From Ignavibacteriota bacterium (GTDB lineage Bacteria > Bacteroidota > Ignavibacteria > Kapaibacteriales > UBA2268), in the NCBI GenBank assembly GCA_024636855.1, contig JAGXGG010000007.1, positions 49,895 to 113,894 on the forward strand: DNA of 64,000 nt, in the 5' to 3' direction. Positions 1 through 10,100 of the stretch are shown here, piece by piece; the first letter of the stretch is position 1, and the number at the start of each line of letters is the position of its first letter. Position numbers and translations under genes: made by a program. The notes below the pieces were generated by a model. It was not told the DNA's origin and ran no database searches. It worked only from the letters and a program-made list of their open reading frames with translations.

Positions 1-2
1 AA

Positions 3-266
3 TTAGAGAGTATAACAAATAATTCAGACCATTATATTTCAATAGATACTGGTATTATGGCTTTTATTAGTTTTGATATCTTTTTTAAATTTATCAAACT
101 CTTTGATTATAACAAGCTTGTAGAGAAGGAACCAATTAATGAGGGTTCTTGGAATATTATAACGAAGTCGATAAATAGTAACAAAGTTGGATTAATTCTA
201 TCCCCTGGTATCAACTTTAACTTTGAATTTGAAGGAAGTGGCATATATTATCTTGATGTTAAATGA
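3..266 (+). CDS. 3' fragment of an unidentified protein; frame is open to the left window edge
   Basis: Frame 3 has no stop from nt 3 to TGA 264-266, so the ATG at 57 in the ORF track is probably internal. No motif recognised. Confidence 0.3.
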   Translation, partial: LESITNNSDHYISIDTGIMAFISFDIFFKFIKLFDYNKLVEKEPINEGSWNIITKSINSNKVGLILSPGINFNFEFEGSGIYYLDVK

Positions 267-409
267 TAAGATTTGGATGTTTAGGTGAAGTAGTCTCCAT
301 TATATTTTCTGAACAAGATGGCAGGATAGTCAAGATGTTTTTGATAATTGGATATGCCTCAGAGCTACGTAATTAAGGTGTAAAGCAAGTATAATGAGGA
401 TGATAAAAA

Positions 410-934
410 ATGGATATAATAGTAATTGGTGTATATAATGAATTAGACACTATTCCTATTGAAGAAAAATTAATTTCTAATGGAATGAAAGTAATTTGGA
501 GGCTCAATGAATATATATATGAAGGAAACAAAGGCTTTTATGATTTAAAAGAGCATTTTAATTTGTGTAAAATCGGCGTTGTTATAGACATTGACAATGA
601 AAATGATATAGTAGCAGGTTCAAGTCCATTGATTGATAGTATCTCTGATTTTTATATGGCATATGAATGGGATAATGAAATTACTTCTTCACCCAAGTTT
701 TTTCAGTTTTTAGAGGAATTGAAAAATATTAATATAAAAGAAATGATATTGGCAATTGGGGATCATTGGACAGATGAAACTACTGTCATTTTGGATGATA
801 TCAATTTTAATCAAATTAAATCACGATTATATTCACTATACGTATGGTGTCCAGAAGTTATTGATTTAAAGACGAATAGTTCTGATAGAGACGATTATCA
901 CCCATTAGTTTTGAAAATTAATAGTGGTAAATAA
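410..934 (+). CDS. hypothetical cytoplasmic protein (174 aa)
   Basis: ATG ORF, acidic, with no signal peptide, TM segment or recognisable motif. Confidence 0.4.
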   Translation: MDIIVIGVYNELDTIPIEEKLISNGMKVIWRLNEYIYEGNKGFYDLKEHFNLCKIGVVIDIDNENDIVAGSSPLIDSISDFYMAYEWDNEITSSPKFFQFLEELKNINIKEMILAIGDHWTDETTVILDDINFNQIKSRLYSLYVWCPEVIDLKTNSSDRDDYHPLVLKINSGK

Positions 935-1175
935 TATGAACCCATTAAACAATTACATTGAAGTTGGTGAAAGTATAGAAGGAGCGATTAGTAGCAATCT
1001 CTTTGGTTAGCCTTGCTTCAAATTACAAGGGAAAGGCATGTCTTAGTTTCTTTCAAAAAACAGACCCATGAAGCAATGAGTACAAATTCCTTATGATTAT
1101 ATTCAGATAAATAGAAATACTTCGCGGAGAAAGCCGCTGAATCGATTGAAGAATAGTAATCTACTCAGATAGAGT

Positions 1176-1218
1176 AAAAAAAACTCAGTATAATCTAATA
1201 AGAAGAATATACTGAGTT
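1176..1218 (-). terminator. rho-independent terminator of the protease gene pair
   Basis: Perfect 11-bp stem (AACTCAGTATA 1182-1192 / TATACTGAGTT 1208-1218). The A-run 1176-1183 gives a T-run on the minus strand. It lies about 20 nt past the stop of 1240..3033. Confidence 0.6.
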
Positions 1219-1239
1219 CTAATAATACTTAAATAAATT

Positions 1240-3033
1240 TTAGTATCTGTATCCTATACCTAATCCTAATTGATATAAGTCAGGAATATTTCCAAACCCA
1301 AGTATTAATGATATATCTAACCAGACACGGGAATCAAAAACCTGAAAAGCTTGACCAAAATTAATAGCATAGTCAGTGTCATAATCATTTACATACTGAC
1401 CAATACCGACATAAGAATAAGAATTTTTATCTCCATGTTGATCTCCAGGCATTGTAGACATATACTCAAGTGACCATTTACGGGTTAGTACATTGTATGA
1501 GTCTGTGATATTATATCTAGCTCTAACATTGTAAGCGTAGAATCCAATTTTTATTGGGATTGTTTCTGCACTTATATAATCATTTAAAGCTTCTTTATCA
1601 CCAGATTGTATTTCTTTAATTCTCTGTTCTGGAGTTTTAACTTGTTTAGCAGCTACACCAAAATTTAACAGTACTTTAAGTTCATTGATAGGTTCTATTT
1701 CAAATTCAATCTCGGAAATTGTAGAAACTATTTCGTTATCTGCAAATATTCCATCAAAGCTTAGATAATTATTCATTGTTACGGCAAGAGGTATCTCATT
1801 TACAAAGGCATCGTATTTCTTATATTTTGCTCGCTCCCAAGTAGGGTTGATGAGAGATTCTCTTAGATGTTTAGGCGTAGATCCATAGTGAATATAATCT
1901 TGAATTTCTTCTTTTCTAGCTTCTCTCGCATAAGCGAAATCAGAATAAGATGATACTCTATCTCTCCATCTATAGCAAGCTATATCATCAGCATCAGCTA
2001 AGCTATATATTTTGTTTTCAATATTTGAGTTTATCTCTTCTGCATATTCTTCATCTCTTGAATCTTTCCTTGCTCTAGCCCATTGGGATTGGAATTCTTC
2101 AATCATTTTATCGGCTTTTATTTCGTCCATTTCATTGTCAAATTCACAATGTAGTTCAGCCTTTTTGAATAGATAATTAACCAAATAGTATCGTGCAAGA
2201 GCATAATCAGGCTCCATATCTAATACTCTCTTGATTTTTGCAATCGCATTATCTACATATTTCATCTTTTCAGTAGAGTCTTCGGTTTCATGTATTTTTA
2301 TATACTCTGCATCGGCAAAACACATTTGCTTATATGCTTCGTAGTTATCTATTCCAATTGATTTTTTCATTGGAATTTCTTTTTCTTTTGCTTTCACGAT
2401 TGCATCTTCTAAATACATGATGTTTCGTAAAAACCCAGTAGATTCTACATTCAGACCAACTAGTTTAGCGTATACTTGCCCAACAACTTCACCATTGTAA
2501 TTAATTGCTGGACCGCCACTATTACCCGGATTGATTGGGGCAGTAGTCATTAATGTACTATCTTTGGTACTACTACTAAGTATCCCTGAAGTAACTTTTA
2601 TTTCGTGATCATTCAAATTTGAACCTGGGAAGCCAAGTATTAAAATTTCATCACCTTGTTTGATAGTCTCACTTTTTGTTAGACTCAAAGTTGGTAGCTT
2701 TAGATCGTCCGCTTTTAATATGGCTATATCTAAATCTTTATCTTGCCATATAACGTATGCTACACTAGTATCAGCTTCAGAATCAGTATGACCTACTACG
2801 TAAAACCCTACTGCATCTTCTACTACGTGATGGTTGGTAAATATCCAACCTTCATCATTGACAGCAAAGCCAGAGCCTGTGGAGTAGTAGTAGCTATTAC
2901 CTGCACCAGGTACTCCCATACTATATATTCTAACTACGGCATCTTTATTTTTCTCAAATGCTTCTATTTTCGTTTGTGAGTATAGAAACGTTTGACTAAA
3001 GAAAAGTATAATAATAATAAATCTATATTTCAT
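1240..3033 (-). CDS. secreted S1 (chymotrypsin/HtrA-fold) serine protease fused to a helical region and a beta-rich C-terminal domain
   Basis: Signal peptide ...FLYS/QT. Triad contexts are TNHHVV, DLDIAILK and TAPINPGNSGGP (Ser172 AGT at 2518-2520). C-terminus ends GLGIGYRY (aromatic). Confidence 0.8.
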   Translation of the reverse strand: MKYRFIIIILFFSQTFLYSQTKIEAFEKNKDAVVRIYSMGVPGAGNSYYYSTGSGFAVNDEGWIFTNHHVVEDAVGFYVVGHTDSEADTSVAYVIWQDKDLDIAILKADDLKLPTLSLTKSETIKQGDEILILGFPGSNLNDHEIKVTSGILSSSTKDSTLMTTAPINPGNSGGPAINYNGEVVGQVYAKLVGLNVESTGFLRNIMYLEDAIVKAKEKEIPMKKSIGIDNYEAYKQMCFADAEYIKIHETEDSTEKMKYVDNAIAKIKRVLDMEPDYALARYYLVNYLFKKAELHCEFDNEMDEIKADKMIEEFQSQWARARKDSRDEEYAEEINSNIENKIYSLADADDIACYRWRDRVSSYSDFAYAREARKEEIQDYIHYGSTPKHLRESLINPTWERAKYKKYDAFVNEIPLAVTMNNYLSFDGIFADNEIVSTISEIEFEIEPINELKVLLNFGVAAKQVKTPEQRIKEIQSGDKEALNDYISAETIPIKIGFYAYNVRARYNITDSYNVLTRKWSLEYMSTMPGDQHGDKNSYSYVGIGQYVNDYDTDYAINFGQAFQVFDSRVWLDISLILGFGNIPDLYQLGLGIGYRY

Positions 3034-3056
3034 TTTTTAATTCTCAATAATATATT

Positions 3057-4898
3057 TTAATAATATGCTTCTAGACCGATGCTAAGTTTATAAAGCTCAT
3101 TTTGATCTGCTGTACTAATTAACGTCTTTATATAAAAGTTTTGATAAAAGTTAATTCCTAATCCTACACCAAATGTACTCGTATCACCATTTCCTGATCT
3201 ATATGAAGGGTCTACGTTCGGAATATAGAACCCAGACATTAAACCATAAGATGCTGTTAAGTAATAATCTGTCAGACCATCAGCTGCACTTGGTCGATTG
3301 TAAGTAAAATTCAGAATAATAGAGTTACCATAGTAAATTTCAGTTGTACTCAAGAAATATAGAATTTCAAAATATTCATAGAATGCTAATCCTAATATGA
3401 GACTCTGTTCATCTTCAAAAGCATTCTTCAAATCATTATTGCTGATGTTGATATATTCAAATGGCAATCTTCTTTGGTAGTTTTGAAATCCTATTCTAAT
3501 CCCATAGCCACCACTAGTATAGCCCAACAAAAAATAATTTGATATCGGTGCAAGCTTTTTATAATTCTGATATGGGTCTGATACTAATTCAGTCATATTA
3601 AGGATTGATATAGGGCTACCTAGTAAAAAATTACCAATAGTTTTCATTCGTAATCTTTGATACACATTTAGATCACCTCTTTGGTTTTTGAAAACCTCGA
3701 GGGTATTATCTAACTCTACTGGTGTAGTTCCATATCTTATCCAATTCTCAAAATCCTCACGTCTATCTTTTTTACTGTCATAGTTGGTTACAAAGTAATT
3801 CCAAGACTTTCTGAAGTAGCTTGACTCAAAGTTTTCATAATTGAATTCGGAATCTCCATATTCATCTTCCCTAAAAAATACATCAGGAGTACCTATAGCT
3901 GTCTTTAGATATTCACGGAAAGTAGTGTCGGACATTTTGTACGCTTTGTTGAGATACTTATTATATTGTTGAGTATATACTTTTGTTTCTATGCCGAATT
4001 CTTCTATTGAATTATCGTATATTTTAAGTAAATACGCATAAGCAAGGTTTGCATAAGTACGTTCATTCTCTTCGTAATTATCTGACTCTTCTATTAGTTC
4101 AATATATTGGTCTAACCCTTTGGCTATTTCTTTATAGTCTTTAGGTTCCACCTCTTTATACAAATAAGTCGCAGCAAGGGCAAATTTTTGATAAGCAAAC
4201 ATATCATTATGATACTGAAACTCTGTATCATTTGTATCCAGTTTATAAGTATCTGAGTCTAAACTATCAACTAAGTCTAGAATAAATTTCTTTCTAAGTA
4301 GAAAACCAGTTTTCTCATAATCAACAGAATAGTTTTTACCTACAACCATACCTATTAATTTACCATCTAAATCCAGAGCTGCACCTCCCTCCATACCATA
4401 ATTAAGTGGGGCAGAGGTCAATACTAAAGTGTCTTTGGCAGAACTACTAACAATACCTTCCGTTATTATGTAGTTATTCGTTTTCATATGCTCAGAAAGC
4501 CACCCTACAAGTACTATGTCTTGGGCTTGTTTTATTTCTGTATTGGAATATTCGATAGGTTTAAAAACGGGCTTTTCGGTCTTCAAAATACAAAGATTTT
4601 GTAAAGTATCTCTTGCTACAACCCATGCAGGCGTAGAAGTACTATCTTCCATATCATATATAGTTATCGCTTCTGCATTGATTTTGTTACCTAATACAGT
4701 AACTATTAGTGAACCATCTCCTATTGCAAATCCTGAAGACTCATAATAATTTGGAGTAAAAGCAAAATTAGACCTATAGTTATATCTAATTTTGACTACT
4801 GATTTTTTGTATTTAGTATCAAATCCATCAAGACTATTTTGCGAATAAACTGATAATGAGTAAATAAAAATTAAACTGAAGAAAAATATATTTTTCAT
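3057..4898 (-). CDS. paralogue of the adjacent S1 protease lacking all three catalytic residues (pseudoprotease)
   Basis: Same architecture and shared motifs (WIRYGTTP vs YIHYGSTP; LYKLSIGLEAYY vs LYQLGLGIGYRY). The aligned triad positions read TVLGNK, QNLCILK and GMEGGA (GAG at 4389-4391). Confidence 0.75.
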   Translation of the reverse strand: MKNIFFFSLIFIYSLSVYSQNSLDGFDTKYKKSVVKIRYNYRSNFAFTPNYYESSGFAIGDGSLIVTVLGNKINAEAITIYDMEDSTSTPAWVVARDTLQNLCILKTEKPVFKPIEYSNTEIKQAQDIVLVGWLSEHMKTNNYIITEGIVSSSAKDTLVLTSAPLNYGMEGGAALDLDGKLIGMVVGKNYSVDYEKTGFLLRKKFILDLVDSLDSDTYKLDTNDTEFQYHNDMFAYQKFALAATYLYKEVEPKDYKEIAKGLDQYIELIEESDNYEENERTYANLAYAYLLKIYDNSIEEFGIETKVYTQQYNKYLNKAYKMSDTTFREYLKTAIGTPDVFFREDEYGDSEFNYENFESSYFRKSWNYFVTNYDSKKDRREDFENWIRYGTTPVELDNTLEVFKNQRGDLNVYQRLRMKTIGNFLLGSPISILNMTELVSDPYQNYKKLAPISNYFLLGYTSGGYGIRIGFQNYQRRLPFEYINISNNDLKNAFEDEQSLILGLAFYEYFEILYFLSTTEIYYGNSIILNFTYNRPSAADGLTDYYLTASYGLMSGFYIPNVDPSYRSGNGDTSTFGVGLGINFYQNFYIKTLISTADQNELYKLSIGLEAYY

Positions 4899-5042
4899 AG
4901 GTTCCTGTTTTAGATTTATTGGAAAATAATATTTTTTTTTAAACCTACAAAGTTTTTAGAACAAAAAAATAAGTCAATCTTTAGATTTTTAGATAACTTT
5001 AGTCTTTTTACTGCGGCCTAATTCTTTCAGAAAATTAAAAAT

Positions 5043-5807
5043 TTAAAAGGGAATAGAGAGATTAAAACGCATTGGCTCAAATACATTAGTTTGCGTTTGT
5101 GGTTGGTTTTTATGAAGTTCTGTAGTTAGGTACGCTATACCACTACCGATTACTGCACCTACTAATACATCAGAGAAAAAGTGCTTAGCTGCCATAACTC
5201 GCAGAGTAGCAATTGCAGTTGCATTTAAAATATTAAGTGTAACACCAATAGTTTTATTCAGACCCCCACTCTGACTAGTTAATATAATAATATTGAATAC
5301 TGCTGAGGCGAATGCTGTTGATGTATGCCCAGAATAAAAAGAGTAACGTGTGTCTTTTTCAAAAAGTAAATCTCTAATAGTTGATGAATCATAGGAGAAA
5401 GGCCGGAATCTACCAATGATTGATTTCGTAATAGAATTAATGCCATAGTTAAGCGACATAGTCTCTATATACATTATCACATTTGTCTGAAATTGAGATT
5501 TGTATTCAGTAGCAAAGGAGTAAGTCAAAGGTGAGATGAACTGCAAAGCTAGTAGTATATCACTAACTTCGGCATAAGTTGGGTTATAAGTAGTATTCCA
5601 TCTATCGAAGAATGGGATATTCAATTTATCTATCCCTGCGAAATCATCATCTGTAAGTGGTACATTATTGTATGTCATAATATTCCCAACTGATGCACTA
5701 ATAACACCCAAGGGAAGTAAAATCATATCAGTTCTAGCGTTCAATGAGAACTGTGCGTTCAGATTAAATGAATAAATAAACAATATGAAAACTATTATAA
5801 ACCGCAT
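5043..5807 (-). CDS. PAP2-family (type 2 phosphatidic acid phosphatase-like) membrane phosphatase
   Basis: The three PAP2 motifs are present: KSIIGRFRP, SFYSGHTS and RVMAAKHFFSDV. Signal peptide plus TM segments. Confidence 0.8.
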   Translation of the reverse strand: MRFIIVFILFIYSFNLNAQFSLNARTDMILLPLGVISASVGNIMTYNNVPLTDDDFAGIDKLNIPFFDRWNTTYNPTYAEVSDILLALQFISPLTYSFATEYKSQFQTNVIMYIETMSLNYGINSITKSIIGRFRPFSYDSSTIRDLLFEKDTRYSFYSGHTSTAFASAVFNIIILTSQSGGLNKTIGVTLNILNATAIATLRVMAAKHFFSDVLVGAVIGSGIAYLTTELHKNQPQTQTNVFEPMRFNLSIPF

Positions 5808-6982
5808 GCTTGTATATACAATCTATTATTAATCACACCTAGTGATTCGTACTCGTTCATCCGCCAGTTGAATCTTACTACACTTGTGTAATCCATCATT
5901 GCTCCGGCATATAGCATCTGAGTCTCCAAATCTCGTACAACTAAGGAAGTAGATGTAGCGTAGGCTATAGAATTAGATTTGGGTTTTCTTGCATAAACTC
6001 CATCTAAGAATATCCCATTCGGGGCTCTTATTTGTCTACCATTTACAACTAAGTTACAATCAATAGTACAAGCTATGAAATACATCTCGCTCCCGTCATA
6101 AGAAAAGTTAGGGGTCGAGTTCTCCCTACCACCAGAATACTCAACAGAGTTGAATACAACAATCTCATTGTTTTGCAAATCTATTGCTTTATAAGCTAAC
6201 ATTGGTTCATGGGGATGTATAGCCAAACCAGTAATCATATTATAATTCTTACCTGTCTGAGGTTCATTCATCATATCACTTATTAATACAGCTTCGAATC
6301 TACCTAATGAGAGAGTCGCTATAAAAGCAAGGTAGTCACCAGTTAGATTTATCTTCACTTCTGATATATTCTGATAGATATTTGAAACTCGTTCTTTACC
6401 AATGAAAACAGACCATGTGGATCCATCATAAGCGGCATAGGCGAATCTATCATCGTACCAATAGCCAATTGGTAAGATATCTTGGAAGCTTTCGGAGATT
6501 TTACCATCATTATATATAGTCTTTATCCCACCTCTACTCTCTACGAATGCGAACTTGTCACCAGTATTATTTATAAACAAAGAGCCACTTCTGAATCTCA
6601 TCTGCAATGTATCTGTTTCCGATACTATGAATTCGTTGTCAGCTCTGAAAAAGGAGTATATCATCTTTTGCGAATCGGAGCCAAAGAGAATTGTTCCAGG
6701 GGCATCGGCAAGAATTTGGAATTCTTTTTCGTTTGTTACCAAATTCCAACCACCCATATCTTGGGCGAAAAATGCCCATTTCTCACCATCTGGGGAAAAT
6801 TGCGGTTTGGTCAACTCCAAGTAATTTTCTGAAGTATATTCATTAACGTACATCTTTTTTCTATTTGAGAATGATTGAGTAGTCGCCCACCAATTATATG
6901 TAGTATCAAAACCAAAATCAACGAGCTCTTCGCTACCATCGAGCAATCGAACTTCATAACATCTGTCAGCTTTAACTGACAA
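5795..6982 (-). CDS. hypothetical periplasmic protein, possibly a PD40/TolB-like beta-propeller
   Basis: 395-aa ORF with a TTG start in the track. Blade-like motifs FSPDGEKWAFF and NFSYDGSEMYF. 13-nt overlap with the PAP2 gene. The true start is uncertain (see findings). Confidence 0.45.
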   Translation of the reverse strand: MSVKADRCYEVRLLDGSEELVDFGFDTTYNWWATTQSFSNRKKMYVNEYTSENYLELTKPQFSPDGEKWAFFAQDMGGWNLVTNEKEFQILADAPGTILFGSDSQKMIYSFFRADNEFIVSETDTLQMRFRSGSLFINNTGDKFAFVESRGGIKTIYNDGKISESFQDILPIGYWYDDRFAYAAYDGSTWSVFIGKERVSNIYQNISEVKINLTGDYLAFIATLSLGRFEAVLISDMMNEPQTGKNYNMITGLAIHPHEPMLAYKAIDLQNNEIVVFNSVEYSGGRENSTPNFSYDGSEMYFIACTIDCNLVVNGRQIRAPNGIFLDGVYARKPKSNSIAYATSTSLVVRDLETQMLYAGAMMDYTSVVRFNWRMNEYESLGVINNRLYIQACGL

Positions 6983-7125
6983 AAAGAGGTTGAAAAAAAG
7001 AAATATTATGATTAAGTTGTAATAAATATGAAAACTCTTTTAAAAATTTAATCTAAGGTGTAATTATTTGAACTTTTGACTGTATTTACAATAACTAAAT
7101 TAACAAAATCTCTAAGGAATTTATT

Positions 7126-10100
7126 ATGAAGAGAATAATTTTATCAATCTTATTGTTGATAGTCACTATTTCGCCTAACTTACAATCCCAAGAATTACCT
7201 GTCTTTGGTATAACGGGTTTAGATGCTAGTGAGTTTCCACTTGTCAAAAGTTATTTCATTGCTAAAAATGGATATCTGAATGACCCATACTTCAAAGGAG
7301 CTCAAAATGTTCCGAATCCTCCTGACTTTGACTTATCCGAAAATGGTATTAGCAAAGATTTAACAAGCCTAATAATGAAATGTGCTGAGATAGACGGCGA
7401 ATTGCCAGTCCATATTGCTTTGGTTGTTGATGCTTCTAGAAGTATGTTTGAACCATGGCGTAATGGAGAATCACGAGCTGATGTCCTCGAAAGAGCGGTA
7501 GCAGAGTTTATCGATTCAGTGAAATTCAAAAATGGTACTTCAGTACACGTAGTACCCTTTGCGGGGAATAATATTCCGCAAAACGTTTGGAGAGATTGGA
7601 ATTACACAGCTGCCGATACAAAAGCAGATTTTGCTTATTACACTCAATTAGATGGTGCAACAGATTTTAATGTACCAATGTATAAAGAACCAAACGGTAG
7701 AAACGTACTTGAAATATTCAAATCAAGACCGATTAATGATAGAAAAGCAGTTGTTTTCCTAACTGACGGTGAACACGATAATACTAATGGTAACAATCCT
7801 TTCAAGAAAGATCTTATTATCGAGGAATTGCAGAAACGAGGAATTGAGTTTCATTCTATAACTTTTGCCGCTGATGCTTTTGGCAGTGTCAATGATTTAC
7901 GTCAAATAAGTCAAGCTACTGGTGGAATCTATTACAATGCTAATAACGAAGAAGATCTAAGAGAAATATACAAAGAAATAACTGATGGCTTCAAATCAAC
8001 ATCTGTTTGTTGGTTAGAGTGGTTATCACAACTAGAGTGCGACGAAGTAACGGAGAGAAATGTAGAAGTTACTTTTACAAGAAAGAACTTCCCACCTCCT
8101 ATTAAAAGAGATATTACCTACACTCCTCCTGCCGATAAAGCCATAGCTGAAATCACAAGAGATAAAGATATACTATTCTTTGATAATAATGGTAAAACAA
8201 CTCAGGAAATAACTCTAACTGCAAAAGTTGGAGATTTTCACGTTACAGGGTTTAATGTCACTAATAATAATGGCAATTTCAATGTCCCAGAATTTGCATC
8301 AGTACCGGCTGAAGGGTTCTTAATTGAGGAAGGAAAGTCAAGAAAATTCACTGTCAACTATATTAAAACTCCATCAGATGCTCCGGCTTCTTTTGACTTG
8401 GTATTCGAAACAGATTTATGTCCAACAAAACCAGTAGAATTAATTGCTCCTTGTGGACCAACTACTCAAGAGATTTATTTTGGTAATGTTAATTTAAGTG
8501 GAAGTACAGATTTTACTGCTACGGACGTTTTCACAAATACTTCAACATCTGAAATGAGTGGTAACATCACACTTTCAGGTGCAAATTATACAGAATTCGC
8601 TATCAAAACTGTTAATGGTATTGCTGGTACAGCATTTACTCTATCTGCAGGCGAGAGTATGGACGTTGTATTAACTATTACTCCTACCTCTAAAGGAACT
8701 AAAGCAGTAACTTTGGATTATGGTATTATAACTGATTGTGGCGTTGCAACATCTGAAATCACTGCTAATGTAATAGAGGCAAGTTTGAATATGCCTCCTC
8801 TTACATGGGGAGAAATTAGAATAGGCAATCCTGTAACAGAACAGTATACTATAACTAATCCGAATGATGATCCTGTAGAAATAGAATCAATCTCATTGAC
8901 TGATGATACTCAAGGTATTTCTTTGGGAGAAATCAATGGTGCGATAGGAAATATTGCATCAAAAGGTGGTACAACTTCATTTGAAATTACTTTTACTCCT
9001 AATGTAGAAGGTCCTATAACTACTGAGTTAGAAGTTAGAGTTAAAAACAGAGTCGAAGTACTTACAGCTAGATTATCTGGTGTAGGCTATGTACCTAAGT
9101 TAAAAGGAAATAATTTAGTATTCCCGTCAACTGAAGTATACACAAGTGCTGCTCCAATGAATTTGGTAATCGAAAATACTTCTGATTATGGTAAAATGGT
9201 TGTAAAAAATGTTTATATAAAAAACACAAGCGATGCAGGTTTTTCTGTAGATTTGACAAACTTCACAGGCAATGCTGAACTTGCCAAAGGGAATTCAATA
9301 TCAATACCTATAAACTTCACACCTCAAACAGTTGGAGCCCTTTCTGGTATTGTAATAGTAGAAGCAGACAATGTAGAAGGGAAAGAACCAGTTACTTTCA
9401 AATTGAATGAGTTTACTCTTAGTGGCGAAAGCGAACCAGGTGATGCTGTTACTCTAGATACTACTGTAGTAGGCCCAATCCTTAGTTGTGAAACTAAAGA
9501 GATACTCGTTAATTTACCAAACGTAACTAAAAACGAGCAAACAGTTGATGTTGTTTTAATACAAACAGGGAATAATTTTTCAATTCCTTCTAATCAGTTT
9601 ACTATACCTCAAGGGGCTTTGGCGATAGGAGCAAAGGTAGATTATAACCCTACAACTATTGGTACTCACACAGCAGTATTAGAATATACTTTCTCTGACG
9701 GATCTAAGTTTATAGCTCCTGTTAAAGGAACTGCTGTTAGTTCGATAGAACAACTTACTTTTGAAAGTGCTGTTTATGAAACTGAGTTAGGTAGGAATCT
9801 AACTACTAAATTCAATATTGATTTATCTAGATACAGTATCAGAAATGATATAGCTGTAAATGAATTAGTCCTTACTCTTAGATATAACGGTAGAATGTTA
9901 TTTATGAATGAGGGAGGAGTGAAATCAAACATTGGTATTACTCCGGTTATCGATCTGAGTAATCAAGTGACTGGTAACAATGTTACATTTACATTCAATG
10001 GCCCTATTCCTTTAGATCAGAATTTGACATTTGAAGTGCCTTATCTTGTTACTTTGGGTAATGATACTGTGACTACAATAGAAGCAGATGCTAATTTTAT

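Noticed and set aside
936-1165. Short stop-interrupted reading frames (MNPLNNYIEVGESIEGAISSNLFG*PCFKLQGKGMS*FLSKNRP...) that might be remnants of a small YjbR/MmcQ-like gene. Together with the two unidentified ORFs at 3..934 this hints at an accessory patch.
   Set aside because: The similarity rests on a few residues recalled from memory. No frame is long enough to support a pseudogene call without a database search.
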